A stretch of DNA of 64,000 nucleotides. It comes from an uncultured virus (IMG/VR IMGVR_UViG_3300013110_000406). Taxonomy: Duplodnaviria; Heunggongvirae; Uroviricota; Caudoviricetes. Shown in pieces: positions 20,698 through 30,608 of this stretch. The translations under genes were made by a program, and so were the position numbers. Position 1 is the first letter of the stretch. Every line of letters begins with the position of its first letter. The notes under the pieces are model-generated. The model saw only the letters and a program-made list of their open reading frames with translations, had not been told where the DNA came from and did no database searches. The DNA is taken from the IMG/VR virus record IMGVR_UViG_3300013110_000406; one strand, written 5' to 3'.

Positions 20698-21225
20698 ATG
20701 CCTAAAATGATACAAATTAGTTCTTTGATGCGAAACAAGATAGTTATCAAAGGTCGACCCCTGAGAAAGAGTAGCGCGATATCGAACACTAAAATTGAAA
20801 TGGCAAATGATATTTTTGTCAATACTGGTGCCCTGGTCCCAGGAGCAGCAGAGAATGCGAACGTAGCGAAGATGTCTCAAAATGTTTTAGCAGTTATCGG
20901 ATGTAGTATTGATTCCACCACCGACAGAGATTTTTCTCTGTTAACTCAACAAACTGATACCGAAGTCATTCAAAACCCTAATATTATTGATGAGACCAAA
21001 TGGGCCGAATTAAAAAATGAAAAGATCACGGCGCTAGATAAGTTTCCAAGTGTAGATGATAACTTCTTTAAACCTGATTATCCTATTTCTATAACTGCCA
21101 AAGACCAATGGCTGTCTCCGCCTCAAGCGAAAGAAGTAATAAAAAATTCTAGTGAGGTTGTTAAAGACATTTTAAGGATCAACTTGAAGACTCCTTATAA
21201 AAGAACATTACCCCAATTTAAGTAA
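20698..21225 (+). CDS. Hypothetical protein
   Basis: 175-aa ORF preceded by an AAGGAG SD. Confidence 0.6.
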   Translation: MPKMIQISSLMRNKIVIKGRPLRKSSAISNTKIEMANDIFVNTGALVPGAAENANVAKMSQNVLAVIGCSIDSTTDRDFSLLTQQTDTEVIQNPNIIDETKWAELKNEKITALDKFPSVDDNFFKPDYPISITAKDQWLSPPQAKEVIKNSSEVVKDILRINLKTPYKRTLPQFK

Positions 21226-21240
21226 AAAGGATGGTGTATA

Positions 21241-21870
21241 TTGCCAGCAAAATTTGAGTATATAAAAGGCGGCGCCATAGCTGAAATACCGTGGTTTCCC
21301 GCTGATCCTTTGCTGCTAAATAATTGGAAAGCAGAGGCTATTGATTTAATTGAAAACAGTTCGTATGATTTTTGGGTCTGCGGCGGCGCCCTGGAGAAGT
21401 GGTTTTCTTGGGATGTTGATGTGGTGTTAACGGGGGAACTGCAAGATTTAGCCGAACTCAAAGATCTTTTAGATAATATAACACAATTAGGCTTTAATCA
21501 TCGGCAATTGGTGGATCTATATTGGTGTGATGATTATAGAAAGCCTTTCGAGTCTGGACCATGCAAACACCTACAGCTTGCATGTGATGCGTATGCCGAA
21601 ACTGGAAGGTGTACTCTTGAAGAATGTCTAATACAAAAAAGTATAGAAGTTATCCTCCCTACTGCAGCTATTATAAAAAATGGACGGCAAGTGTGGAGCG
21701 CCCCCGCCAATTCCATCGATGTAGGGCATTCATTGTGCAAATATCAAGCGCGCTCTCCGTCTGTCAAACAGATAAAAAGAATTGAAAGTGGAACTATTTA
21801 TAAAGGCACCCCCCGTCGTATTACGCGAGATTTAGATTTTAGAGATATAATCTACTGGTCACACCAGTAA
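21241..21870 (+). CDS. Putative Pol-beta-superfamily nucleotidyltransferase-fold protein
   Basis: hhGG-x8-DhDh motif (FWVCGGALEKWFSWDVDVVL) plus a candidate third Asp (LVDLY); TTG start. Confidence 0.55.
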   Translation: MPAKFEYIKGGAIAEIPWFPADPLLLNNWKAEAIDLIENSSYDFWVCGGALEKWFSWDVDVVLTGELQDLAELKDLLDNITQLGFNHRQLVDLYWCDDYRKPFESGPCKHLQLACDAYAETGRCTLEECLIQKSIEVILPTAAIIKNGRQVWSAPANSIDVGHSLCKYQARSPSVKQIKRIESGTIYKGTPRRITRDLDFRDIIYWSHQ

Positions 21871-21891
21871 GCAAGGAACCCCCCCCCCAAC

Positions 21892-23106
21892 ATGACAAAA
21901 CAATGGTACCAGCAGCCTGCTAATAATAACGGGTGTACTTCTCCAAAAGTGCCGTGCACAACTTCGGGGTGCAGCGGGTGCTGCTTTCCCCAACAGAACA
22001 CCAATGGAAAGTGTAGTGATGGCTCTACTCCTCTCCAGCACGGTACCAATGGTAATAGTGGCAAAACCGCGATGTCTGGCTGGTGCAATTCGCAGGGTTT
22101 AGTTGATTGCAATACTCAGGGATGTACCACTAAATGCTGTACTAACTTACAGAATACCCAAGGTAAATGTGGTGATGGTTCCTATCCTCCACAAGCAAGC
22201 GCTGCCACCGAGCCTAGTCCGGAACGAGATTTGTATGGCGGATATCCCGACATCGATCTTTATAACCAGACTCCCACTGCATATGGCACTCTTTATTTGC
22301 TAAAAGATTTCGGAGGAAATTTGGGGGCCGGCAGCTTTGATATTGATTGGATGACAACAGATTTATACAGTTATACTACTGTGAAAGCTCCCCTTGAACA
22401 AGGCGCCCCTTCCGCAAGCCCAAGCGCAGTTCCCTCGGTTTTTGCCTCTTTGGCAGGAGTGGGAGAGTTTCGCGGCGCCGAAGTGGCCACAAGCCAAGTG
22501 TTGAATGATTATCTGGAGGCGGATCCGCATATACATCCTGGTTTAATAATAGGCGCGAGCTTGGCATACACCCCGGGCGCGTCAAATGCAGGGTGGGAAG
22601 ATAACGGGTTAGATGAGACTGGCGTCCTGTATGGGATAATTTTTCTTGGCGACAACGCGAGCCCCGCCGGAAATCTGGAAGAATGGCCTGAGCCTTTCGA
22701 TTGGGATGAGTATAACGCTTATATAAATGCGCGCGGATACAGCCCATGGGCGGTGTATGTGACGTCCGGCGGCCAATATGAGTACCTGGAGGCTCCTTAT
22801 TTATTCTATGATAGGACACTAGAGCTACCCTACTTATCCTATAAATTTGGCTATGGCGATCCACAGGATCCACAAAATACCTATGACACGTCAGGCATGG
22901 CCTCATATATCAAGGCCTTGACAGACTGGACAATCGAAACGCTTGCTGGACAAATTGTAGCAGATGAAATTCCCAATCAAATTATCAATAATGTTATTGA
23001 TTATGGCTCCATCAAAGCAAGTCAGTTGAGTAGCTTCGAGACTACCGAGGCTCTGCAAAGCGGCATTGAATCAACCACTTACACACAGGATTCTGAGGGC
23101 ACCTAA
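21892..23106 (+). CDS. Hypothetical protein with a duplicated Cys-rich N-terminal module
   Basis: Two copies of CxTxGCx2-3CCx3-4QNTxGKCxDGS; stop overlaps the next start. Confidence 0.6.
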   Translation: MTKQWYQQPANNNGCTSPKVPCTTSGCSGCCFPQQNTNGKCSDGSTPLQHGTNGNSGKTAMSGWCNSQGLVDCNTQGCTTKCCTNLQNTQGKCGDGSYPPQASAATEPSPERDLYGGYPDIDLYNQTPTAYGTLYLLKDFGGNLGAGSFDIDWMTTDLYSYTTVKAPLEQGAPSASPSAVPSVFASLAGVGEFRGAEVATSQVLNDYLEADPHIHPGLIIGASLAYTPGASNAGWEDNGLDETGVLYGIIFLGDNASPAGNLEEWPEPFDWDEYNAYINARGYSPWAVYVTSGGQYEYLEAPYLFYDRTLELPYLSYKFGYGDPQDPQNTYDTSGMASYIKALTDWTIETLAGQIVADEIPNQIINNVIDYGSIKASQLSSFETTEALQSGIESTTYTQDSEGT

Positions 23107-25916
23107 TGCCTATTTTTACAAAAGAAATCGAGCTTATTGATGCTAATGCCTTCTCGGGTTCTATGGAATCCCTCCGCAATGAATTAGGAATTTATTGGGA
23201 AACGGAGACAACTCCAAACGGCACCGTTGTTACTACTTTTAAAAGGGGACTAGAGGGTTCTATTGACTATACGCTAGACCAGAATAGTCAGATTTCATAT
23301 AAGATCCTGGCTCTCGGGGGGATCACCTCACACTCAGAACGATTGCGCTATGTAGAATTACAACCCGCATTTCAGGTAACAGCTTCCACTGACAAAATTG
23401 TTCCTAATTTTAAAATTCCTGGTCGATTCTATGGCAATGAAGCTAAAATTCGAAGCGATAGTGAGTGGAAGGCTTATCTTTTAGGTGGCACTTATGGAGA
23501 AAAAACTTATCCTGGAATATATTCTACGGAGGTGTTTGACGATTATGGCACCTCTTATGGGCTGCCTTATGGCTTGGCCGAATTTAATTCCTTATATGGG
23601 CTAACTGGTGGCGGCTATCGGTCATCTTCCATTGTTTATCATTATAATCAACATTTGCCCAAATTTGAGTCATGGGCTGCAACTACCAGCACAATCTTGC
23701 TACCTAATATAGCCCAAATGGGGCTGTTGAGCGAAACAAGCGCCAGTATTTTTCCTATAAGCGAAGTTGTTACGCGCGATGGAGAATATCCGGAGAGCTT
23801 AGAGACAATCTTACAAACGTCACTGACCGGTGTGCTACCGCACACTTATTATACTGTTGATCTGTCCGAGCCTAACAAGTATGTCGATGTGACGAAAAAC
23901 TTGCGAGACTATTTGGAGGCACTTCCCTTATATCCTTTGAGTGATAAAACTGTCAGTACTATAAGTATTGGAAGCAACAACCTGCTTTATAACAAAGATT
24001 CAAGCAATCTGATTTTTGATGATATAGCCGGCGGAGACGCAAGGACTATTTTAGGGAATTACCCTATGTATACCTCTATAGATTTTTATAGACCTGATGA
24101 TGAAGGCACCTCTTTTCGAGATATCTTTAATGAAACCGATTTTTCTTCCGAATTATTAAGCCTGTTAGCTGCTGTGTTTGAGAGAAACAGTACTGAAAAA
24201 ACTTATGTAACGAAAGTCAAGCAAGACACCATATCGAACAAAGAGCTTAATGAAACAGAAACGGTGAGTTCGACCGGCATCCGGGTTTTGGATGCAGTGG
24301 ATGCTTTGACTAGCGGCTATACTTTAATGGGGGATCTTGCACCACTAAATGTCAGAAGCCTTCTTGTACCAGGGTTGGCTGCTGCAGAAGCCGGCGGAGA
24401 CCAATTTGCCGAGGGCGCCCTTAGTTTGGATCCCTTATCAAATAGTACGCGTTTTTTAAATTCTTACACCACCCTTACCACACTGACGCGGTTATTGTCA
24501 TTGCTCGATAGTGACTATGCAACTGGAGACATCGCTGCAGATTTAAACCATTTCGAGAGTAACATACCAGGCAAAAATGGAATGTACACACTTCTACAAA
24601 AAGCCGGTACCCCCAATTATAAAGAGACAATAGCCTATAGACTTGAAAAGACAGATGCTCTCGGCAATGTTCAAAATGTGTGGTTCTACAATGAGTCCCC
24701 CAATAGCTCCCGTGACACCGGAGAGGGATTGTTCCAATATTGGGACTCACAAGTAAAGTATGGAGAGACTTATACATATAATATTTATGCGTATGTGATG
24801 ATCACAGGAATGAAATACCGAATGGCAGACTTGCGAATTGGAAAGAACATCGGCACCGGTAGCATAGTAAACAGCTCTGCGGATAAGTTTTGCGTCCAAT
24901 TTCAAGACCCCACCACAGGAGAGATAGCAGAACAGCTTTTTGCTAGCAGTGATAGCAAATGGAGTGACTATAGTGGTGTACAATACCATGGCGTGTATAA
25001 TGAACTGGCTACCGATAATACTTTCTCTACTAATGCTGAAGCCTTGTCGACATATCCTTATTTGGCCGACTTTAATCTTTATTATGAGCCTACACTTCAA
25101 ATCTTACAAATCCCCGTCACCTCTAATACTGTGACGATTTTAGACAACCCAGCGCCGGGTTTGGATGTTGTGCCTTTCCAGGTGATCGACAATTCACAAA
25201 AGATCGGATTCTATATTCAAGCCGAAGTTTATCAGCCTGCGGACACTTTTCCTACTATTATTCAAACATCAGATGAGACATACAAGACTAACTATTTGGC
25301 ATCTACTGGGTTGTCGGAGAGCGATGAAATTGGAAGGCCTCCAGTTTCAGATCAGGCTTTTATTCAAATATTTCGAAGAGATACAAAACCAGCTACTTAT
25401 AAAGATTTCAACAACCATCTTTATAAGACAATCTCTTTAAAAATTCGCGGTGACGTTTCTACCGACATGTCGTATTACCAACCCAGTAAAGCATTTCACG
25501 ATACAATAGAGACTAATAAAAAATATTATTATGTGATGCGGTTATTGAACGCGCATCAAGAGCCCGGATCTCCTTCGGCTATAATTGAGGCTGAATTGGT
25601 GGATGATGGTGGCTATAAATATGCGCTCTTTAAAGAGTTGTTTGAAGAAGATCTTGCAGACGAAGTTTTTGTCAATCCTTCGATTAAATTTAAAAAGCTT
25701 TTTCAAATTATTCCAAATTTTCAACAACTCGCTTTGGATACCAGTAATGTAGATTTCACTCAGACTGCGGAAAGTCAAATCAGCGCACTATCCGTAGGGG
25801 CCCCGGGGATGGAAGAATCAATTTTCGATCAGAAATTTAAAATTAGATTGACTTCTAAAAAAACAGGCAAGAAAATTGATTTAAATTTAACCTTTAATTT
25901 AACGGAAGAAGTATAA
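23106..25916 (+). CDS. Large virion protein with fibronectin-III-like motifs
   Basis: YWDSQVKYGETYTYNIYAY and FHDTIETNKKYYYVMR resemble FN3 C-terminal strands; ends KIRLTSKKTGKKIDLNLTF. Confidence 0.55.
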   Translation: MPIFTKEIELIDANAFSGSMESLRNELGIYWETETTPNGTVVTTFKRGLEGSIDYTLDQNSQISYKILALGGITSHSERLRYVELQPAFQVTASTDKIVPNFKIPGRFYGNEAKIRSDSEWKAYLLGGTYGEKTYPGIYSTEVFDDYGTSYGLPYGLAEFNSLYGLTGGGYRSSSIVYHYNQHLPKFESWAATTSTILLPNIAQMGLLSETSASIFPISEVVTRDGEYPESLETILQTSLTGVLPHTYYTVDLSEPNKYVDVTKNLRDYLEALPLYPLSDKTVSTISIGSNNLLYNKDSSNLIFDDIAGGDARTILGNYPMYTSIDFYRPDDEGTSFRDIFNETDFSSELLSLLAAVFERNSTEKTYVTKVKQDTISNKELNETETVSSTGIRVLDAVDALTSGYTLMGDLAPLNVRSLLVPGLAAAEAGGDQFAEGALSLDPLSNSTRFLNSYTTLTTLTRLLSLLDSDYATGDIAADLNHFESNIPGKNGMYTLLQKAGTPNYKETIAYRLEKTDALGNVQNVWFYNESPNSSRDTGEGLFQYWDSQVKYGETYTYNIYAYVMITGMKYRMADLRIGKNIGTGSIVNSSADKFCVQFQDPTTGEIAEQLFASSDSKWSDYSGVQYHGVYNELATDNTFSTNAEALSTYPYLADFNLYYEPTLQILQIPVTSNTVTILDNPAPGLDVVPFQVIDNSQKIGFYIQAEVYQPADTFPTIIQTSDETYKTNYLASTGLSESDEIGRPPVSDQAFIQIFRRDTKPATYKDFNNHLYKTISLKIRGDVSTDMSYYQPSKAFHDTIETNKKYYYVMRLLNAHQEPGSPSAIIEAELVDDGGYKYALFKELFEEDLADEVFVNPSIKFKKLFQIIPNFQQLALDTSNVDFTQTAESQISALSVGAPGMEESIFDQKFKIRLTSKKTGKKIDLNLTFNLTEEV

Positions 25917-25934
25917 TTACTCACGAGAACCAAT

Positions 25935-27008
25935 ATGTCATTCTTAGATAATGCCGGCACTATCATACTCGACGCAATCCTTACAGATGTGGGTCGCCAA
26001 CGATTGGCTCAAGGAAACTTCCAAGTCACCAAGTTCTCATTAGGTGATGATGAGATTGATTATAAGCTATACATAGCGCCTATTGCTAATAATGATCCTC
26101 CGGCTTGGACCTCCTTTAGCGATCCGGCTGGATATCTTATTCTTTCGCAATCTTGTTTTGAAGCGCTTAATAACACAAGCGCCACTATAAACTACGGACT
26201 TACTTCCTTTGAAAGAAATGATCTTCTTTATTTGCCTGAATTAAAAATTAATTATTCTGGCTCTGCTAGTACAAAGGGTAACACAGGACAGCCTCATGAA
26301 CACCCGGGTATAGCGCGCCCAGTTAGTGGATCGGTTTTTTATTTGGCAGTTAATGGTGAAACTAGCAAAAAATTGAAATCTGCGCTTGGAAGTACTAATT
26401 ATATATTAGAGAGCTTAGGATATAATAAAACAAAAATCGTAATTGAATCCGGAATCACCACTGACCAACTGGCCGGCAATTTAGAAAATTCGCGAGCATT
26501 CATTGTACAGCCGGCTGTGTTAGACACTTATTACTATGTTCATGTAGACAGTCGTTTTTTTGTCAACATTATAGGCTCCGGCGCCGATGCAGTTTTTAAG
26601 AACAGAACCAATGGTGAATTAGAGATGAATTTTAAAACTTTTAAGCCACATACGAGAATATCGATAACTAGCCCGCTCGATAAATTTGATTCTTATATGG
26701 TAGCAGCGGGACCAAATAGAGTTTATAGTACCAACAATACGGGACCATTGACGGATCGTTCTATTTCTGCTATTGCTGGACCTCGCGGAACTGTTATGGC
26801 TTTGGGGCTCACTATCGTAAACGAGATAGGCGGTAGTTCCGGAACCACACGAAATCAAAAATATACTATTTTTGGAAAAAATGATCAAATATTATTTGGT
26901 GGAAGTGATAAATACGATTATATAGATACGACTATTTATGTTAAAGGCGCAACAACCGGCGCCCAAGTTCAAATTCCTTTGAGAATAATACGCTATGCTG
27001 GCACATAA
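25935..27008 (+). CDS. Structural protein, tandem paralog A
   Basis: Colinear similarity with 27073..28080 (LDAxLTDxGRxRL, LGDDEIxY, ISAIxGPRGT, YDxIDT, QxPLRxIRY). Confidence 0.7.
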   Translation: MSFLDNAGTIILDAILTDVGRQRLAQGNFQVTKFSLGDDEIDYKLYIAPIANNDPPAWTSFSDPAGYLILSQSCFEALNNTSATINYGLTSFERNDLLYLPELKINYSGSASTKGNTGQPHEHPGIARPVSGSVFYLAVNGETSKKLKSALGSTNYILESLGYNKTKIVIESGITTDQLAGNLENSRAFIVQPAVLDTYYYVHVDSRFFVNIIGSGADAVFKNRTNGELEMNFKTFKPHTRISITSPLDKFDSYMVAAGPNRVYSTNNTGPLTDRSISAIAGPRGTVMALGLTIVNEIGGSSGTTRNQKYTIFGKNDQILFGGSDKYDYIDTTIYVKGATTGAQVQIPLRIIRYAGT

Positions 27009-27015
27009 CAAACTA

Positions 27016-27054
27016 ACTATTTATGGTAAAACAAATAAAATACACACTATTTAT
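27016..27054 (+). promoter_or_regulatory. Tandem putative late-promoter motifs ACTATTTAT
   Basis: Copies at 27016 and 27046 in the 64-nt intergenic gap. Confidence 0.65.
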
Positions 27055-27072
27055 ACAAGAGAGGAAAAATAA

Positions 27073-28080
27073 ATGGCTTTTTTAGACAATTCTGGCGACA
27101 TAATCCTTGACGCAGTATTAACCGACACCGGCCGCCGCAGGCTATCCGAAGGGAACTTTCAAATTCGAAAGTTTGCGCTTGGAGACGACGAGATACAATA
27201 CAACCTTTTTGACAAAAACAACCCGTCAGGCTCAGCATACTACGATTTAGAGATCTTACAGACACCCGTAGAAGTCGCCCACACTAAAGCTTCTGAAATT
27301 CAATATGGACTTCTCACTTTAACTAACAACAATTTGTTATACATGCCCTCTTTGGCCTTAAACGAGCTAACAACCCAGTCCGTATTAAAATACCAAAAAG
27401 TCCTATATGTTGCAGTAAATGTTGAAACAAGAAACAAAATAGTAAACTCCTCTAATGTCGATGAAAAATATGTATTAATGTCCAACATCCGGAATCCTAC
27501 TCGCGCTGTAGTGGTTGAATCCGGAATCAACACAACAGACCTTAAAGGCACCCCTGCTAACCGCACGGCCTACTTGCAGAGTACGAACCTCATAGACTCA
27601 AGTTTTACGGTATCGGTAGATTCTCGATTTATTAATGGAGTGTGGGGGACCGGGCCAGCTTCCACTTTTTCTAATAATACCGATGGCGCCCCTAATGTGG
27701 CGTTTGGACCTCTTGTGAACGCGCGCGGCCCAGGCACCTCTAGAGGACTCGTCAACTTTCAAACTTATGCCGCTAATACAGTAGATGATTTGGTGTCTTA
27801 CTATGCTTCTCAAGGAGCGAACTTGGACACCCTTATTTCGGCTATCTCGGGTCCACGAGGAACCGCAGCCAAATTAAACTTTAATGTACCTGATGATTTG
27901 CGAGAATTAGCAGGGGGAACTAGAGCTACCGAGTGGACTAAATACGGACAAGTGGCGCAAAATGTATTTAGTACTGGTCAGCTATATGATATTATTGACA
28001 CTTTCACCCTAATAGCCGGCTCAAATACAAATGCTTCAATCCAAGTACCCTTAAGACTTATCCGGTACGTAAGTGGCTAA
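27073..28080 (+). CDS. Structural protein, tandem paralog B
   Basis: Colinear similarity with 25935..27008; GAGG SD and two ACTATTTAT motifs upstream. Confidence 0.7.
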   Translation: MAFLDNSGDIILDAVLTDTGRRRLSEGNFQIRKFALGDDEIQYNLFDKNNPSGSAYYDLEILQTPVEVAHTKASEIQYGLLTLTNNNLLYMPSLALNELTTQSVLKYQKVLYVAVNVETRNKIVNSSNVDEKYVLMSNIRNPTRAVVVESGINTTDLKGTPANRTAYLQSTNLIDSSFTVSVDSRFINGVWGTGPASTFSNNTDGAPNVAFGPLVNARGPGTSRGLVNFQTYAANTVDDLVSYYASQGANLDTLISAISGPRGTAAKLNFNVPDDLRELAGGTRATEWTKYGQVAQNVFSTGQLYDIIDTFTLIAGSNTNASIQVPLRLIRYVSG

Positions 28081-28096
28081 ATCACGGAGATATTAA

Positions 28097-29179
28097 ATGC
28101 CCCAAAATTATCAATTATTAAACCCCAACACAGATCGCACGACTACCAAGACGTTGTTGCATGAGGCGATCCCCGTCACAGGCGCTATTTTAAGTGCCAC
28201 CTACGGAACTTATCCAAACGAGGGTAATATCAAGAACTATACTCATGGAATGTTTCAATCGGTATATGATTATCCTTATTTAAGTTCTTCAGCAAATCAC
28301 ATCTTTGATATTACAATGGGATACGACGAAAGCTCTGTCTTATCGCAGTCTTCACACACGGCGGTGATGATGCAAAAGAAGAAAATTAACATTTATAATC
28401 AGATGTCGCAGGTATTGTTGGGATATACCGGCTCAAATAACGAAGTTGAAATTTTTGAAAGTGATTTAGACTATGGTGACAATGATCGCCAGATGAGAGA
28501 ATGCTTTTTCGTTAATTTCTCTCGGCTTCTTAGTAAAGATCAAATTAAACCGGGCACCTTCTCTATCACCCTTGGTTCTGGCTCATGGGCTGCTCCATAT
28601 AGTGTCGGCGGCGGTGGGCGCCTCACCTTGACTGATAGATCGGCTTCCCTGACACAAGGAACCAAGAATACTCCCGGTGGAACTTATGGAGTTCTTTATT
28701 CGGGTAGTAATGCTGATTCGCGCTGCGGATTAGTGTTTTATGAAGCAGCAATTGTAGTCCTCTCGGCTTCGTGTTGGATGTCCGGCGCTACAGAGACCTC
28801 GCGCGCAGACTTTTACAATCTGGACTACACCGAGCGTTCTACTACAGGCTCCATGATCTCTTCATCGATTTCCGGAAACTGTGATGCCCTCCGACATAGA
28901 ATTTATGACCTCTCTTATAACAACACAACCGAGATCAATTCTACCATTTATTTCTGTAGGGCTCCTCATAATAGTTTCAACTATAGTTCGAACCCGACCT
29001 ACACGACAAGCGGCAAGATTAATGTGAAAAACGTCGCCTCTGATCCGCCGGTGTCTTATATTACTACTGTTGGGCTTTATAATGCACAGAATGAACTCCT
29101 CGCTGTGGCCAAGTTATCGGAACCGCTCAAGAAGGATCCTTCAAACGAGATTACGCTGCGAGTAAGATTGGACTACTAA
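28097..29179 (+). CDS. Structural protein with a tail-collar-fibre-like C-terminus
   Basis: Ends FNYSSNPTY...YITTVGLYNAQNELLAVAKLSEPLKKDPSNEITLRVRLDY; paralogous to 29181. Confidence 0.65.
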   Translation: MPQNYQLLNPNTDRTTTKTLLHEAIPVTGAILSATYGTYPNEGNIKNYTHGMFQSVYDYPYLSSSANHIFDITMGYDESSVLSQSSHTAVMMQKKKINIYNQMSQVLLGYTGSNNEVEIFESDLDYGDNDRQMRECFFVNFSRLLSKDQIKPGTFSITLGSGSWAAPYSVGGGGRLTLTDRSASLTQGTKNTPGGTYGVLYSGSNADSRCGLVFYEAAIVVLSASCWMSGATETSRADFYNLDYTERSTTGSMISSSISGNCDALRHRIYDLSYNNTTEINSTIYFCRAPHNSFNYSSNPTYTTSGKINVKNVASDPPVSYITTVGLYNAQNELLAVAKLSEPLKKDPSNEITLRVRLDY

Positions 29180-29180
29180 A

Positions 29181-30608
29181 ATGTCCTTCAAGAAGTTTGG
29201 ACAAAATGATATCCTTATAAATACAATGATGGCAGAGCCTCATTGTGAATTCTTCATTTATGATGGGGATATCTTTTATAACAATACACCGAGCAAAGCC
29301 GGCACTTCTACTGCAGGCGGCGGCGGTTCTGCTGTGTCTGAAGTTCGTATGGTATCCCCCGGCAGTATTAGCTTGTATGAGTACAATATTGATCGACCAG
29401 ATACAAGCGGGGATGATAAGATTATCGGTGAGGCCGGCCCTCACTCTAGAGGAGGCGGCTCTTATACCCAGGCTGTCGCCGATCTTGGACCAGAACCCCA
29501 GACATTTGTTCAATATACTGGACGCATCTATCCTTGGATTTCCAAAGACAGCGCCGGCGCAAGCTGGAAAACAGTTAATGCTACCGGTTATGCTACCGAA
29601 TATATGTATGGTGATGTTCTAACCGGAACCTATCCTCTCTCCGCCTCAATAGTGCGCAAATATATAGTCGGCGGTTCTACAGGTCCCACTTTTGGCGCGG
29701 TGGGGGAGACGTCTGGCTCCGGCGCCGACGAGGTATCCATCGAGGGCAAGTTAACAGCATTAGGAGATGGTCCTTCTGGTTCTCTCGATAGGCACTTCTA
29801 TAGTTTAAAAGGTCGTTTAAATTTTTATGGCATTCGAAGTGCGCACTATAAAGTTTCTGCTTCTCTAGGATCGGACTCGTGGAACAAAAATGAACAGACC
29901 TTAAATTTAATCGCCATTCCATCAATAGCCTTTGGCTCTCAAATCAAGCCCGGAACGGTCTCTTTAAAATGGTATTATGACGGCGGCCTGATTGGAGAAC
30001 TTCAAGACCGTCGACAAAACGGAGAATTAATTCAAGTTTCCGCTTCCACAGGGTATACAGCTAATAATAATAAAGTTGCAGGAGTTATTATGTACGATGA
30101 GGGATACATTGTCTTAACTGGCTCGTGGGCTTTAAATGCGGCTGCTATCCCATTACAGACGGCCGTGAATTCCTCTCCCACATGGCTTTATTTTGGTGTC
30201 GGTGCGAATGATGGACTTAATCAAAGTAACACTGGGACTAATTTTGCAAAAGCTTCTTTTAGCTTATCTTTCAAGGGGCAGACGAAAACACAAGTAATGA
30301 CACTGTTTACGCATGCTAAGCGTGGAGAAGCCAATTTCTCTAATAACCCCACATATTTAAAGTATGGACAAGACAAACTACAATATACCTCTTCACAAGT
30401 TTATGAAGAAAATCCTGATCAATTCCTTGCCAACACCGTCAGTTCGAGTTATAATGATTATGAGGCTCCGTTTAAACGGAGTGTGTATATTTCCAAAGTG
30501 GCAGTCTATGATGAGAATAAGAATATGATCGGCGTTGCAACGTTAGCAAATCCAGTTCTCAAAGAAGAAGATCGAGACTACTCCTTTAAATTAAAATTGG
30601 ATATTTAA
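29181..30608 (+). CDS. Structural protein, paralog of 28097
   Basis: Shares QIKPGT, NFSNNPTY and YISKVAVYDENKNMIGVATLANPVLK...KLKLDI with the previous gene. Confidence 0.65.
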   Translation: MSFKKFGQNDILINTMMAEPHCEFFIYDGDIFYNNTPSKAGTSTAGGGGSAVSEVRMVSPGSISLYEYNIDRPDTSGDDKIIGEAGPHSRGGGSYTQAVADLGPEPQTFVQYTGRIYPWISKDSAGASWKTVNATGYATEYMYGDVLTGTYPLSASIVRKYIVGGSTGPTFGAVGETSGSGADEVSIEGKLTALGDGPSGSLDRHFYSLKGRLNFYGIRSAHYKVSASLGSDSWNKNEQTLNLIAIPSIAFGSQIKPGTVSLKWYYDGGLIGELQDRRQNGELIQVSASTGYTANNNKVAGVIMYDEGYIVLTGSWALNAAAIPLQTAVNSSPTWLYFGVGANDGLNQSNTGTNFAKASFSLSFKGQTKTQVMTLFTHAKRGEANFSNNPTYLKYGQDKLQYTSSQVYEENPDQFLANTVSSSYNDYEAPFKRSVYISKVAVYDENKNMIGVATLANPVLKEEDRDYSFKLKLDI

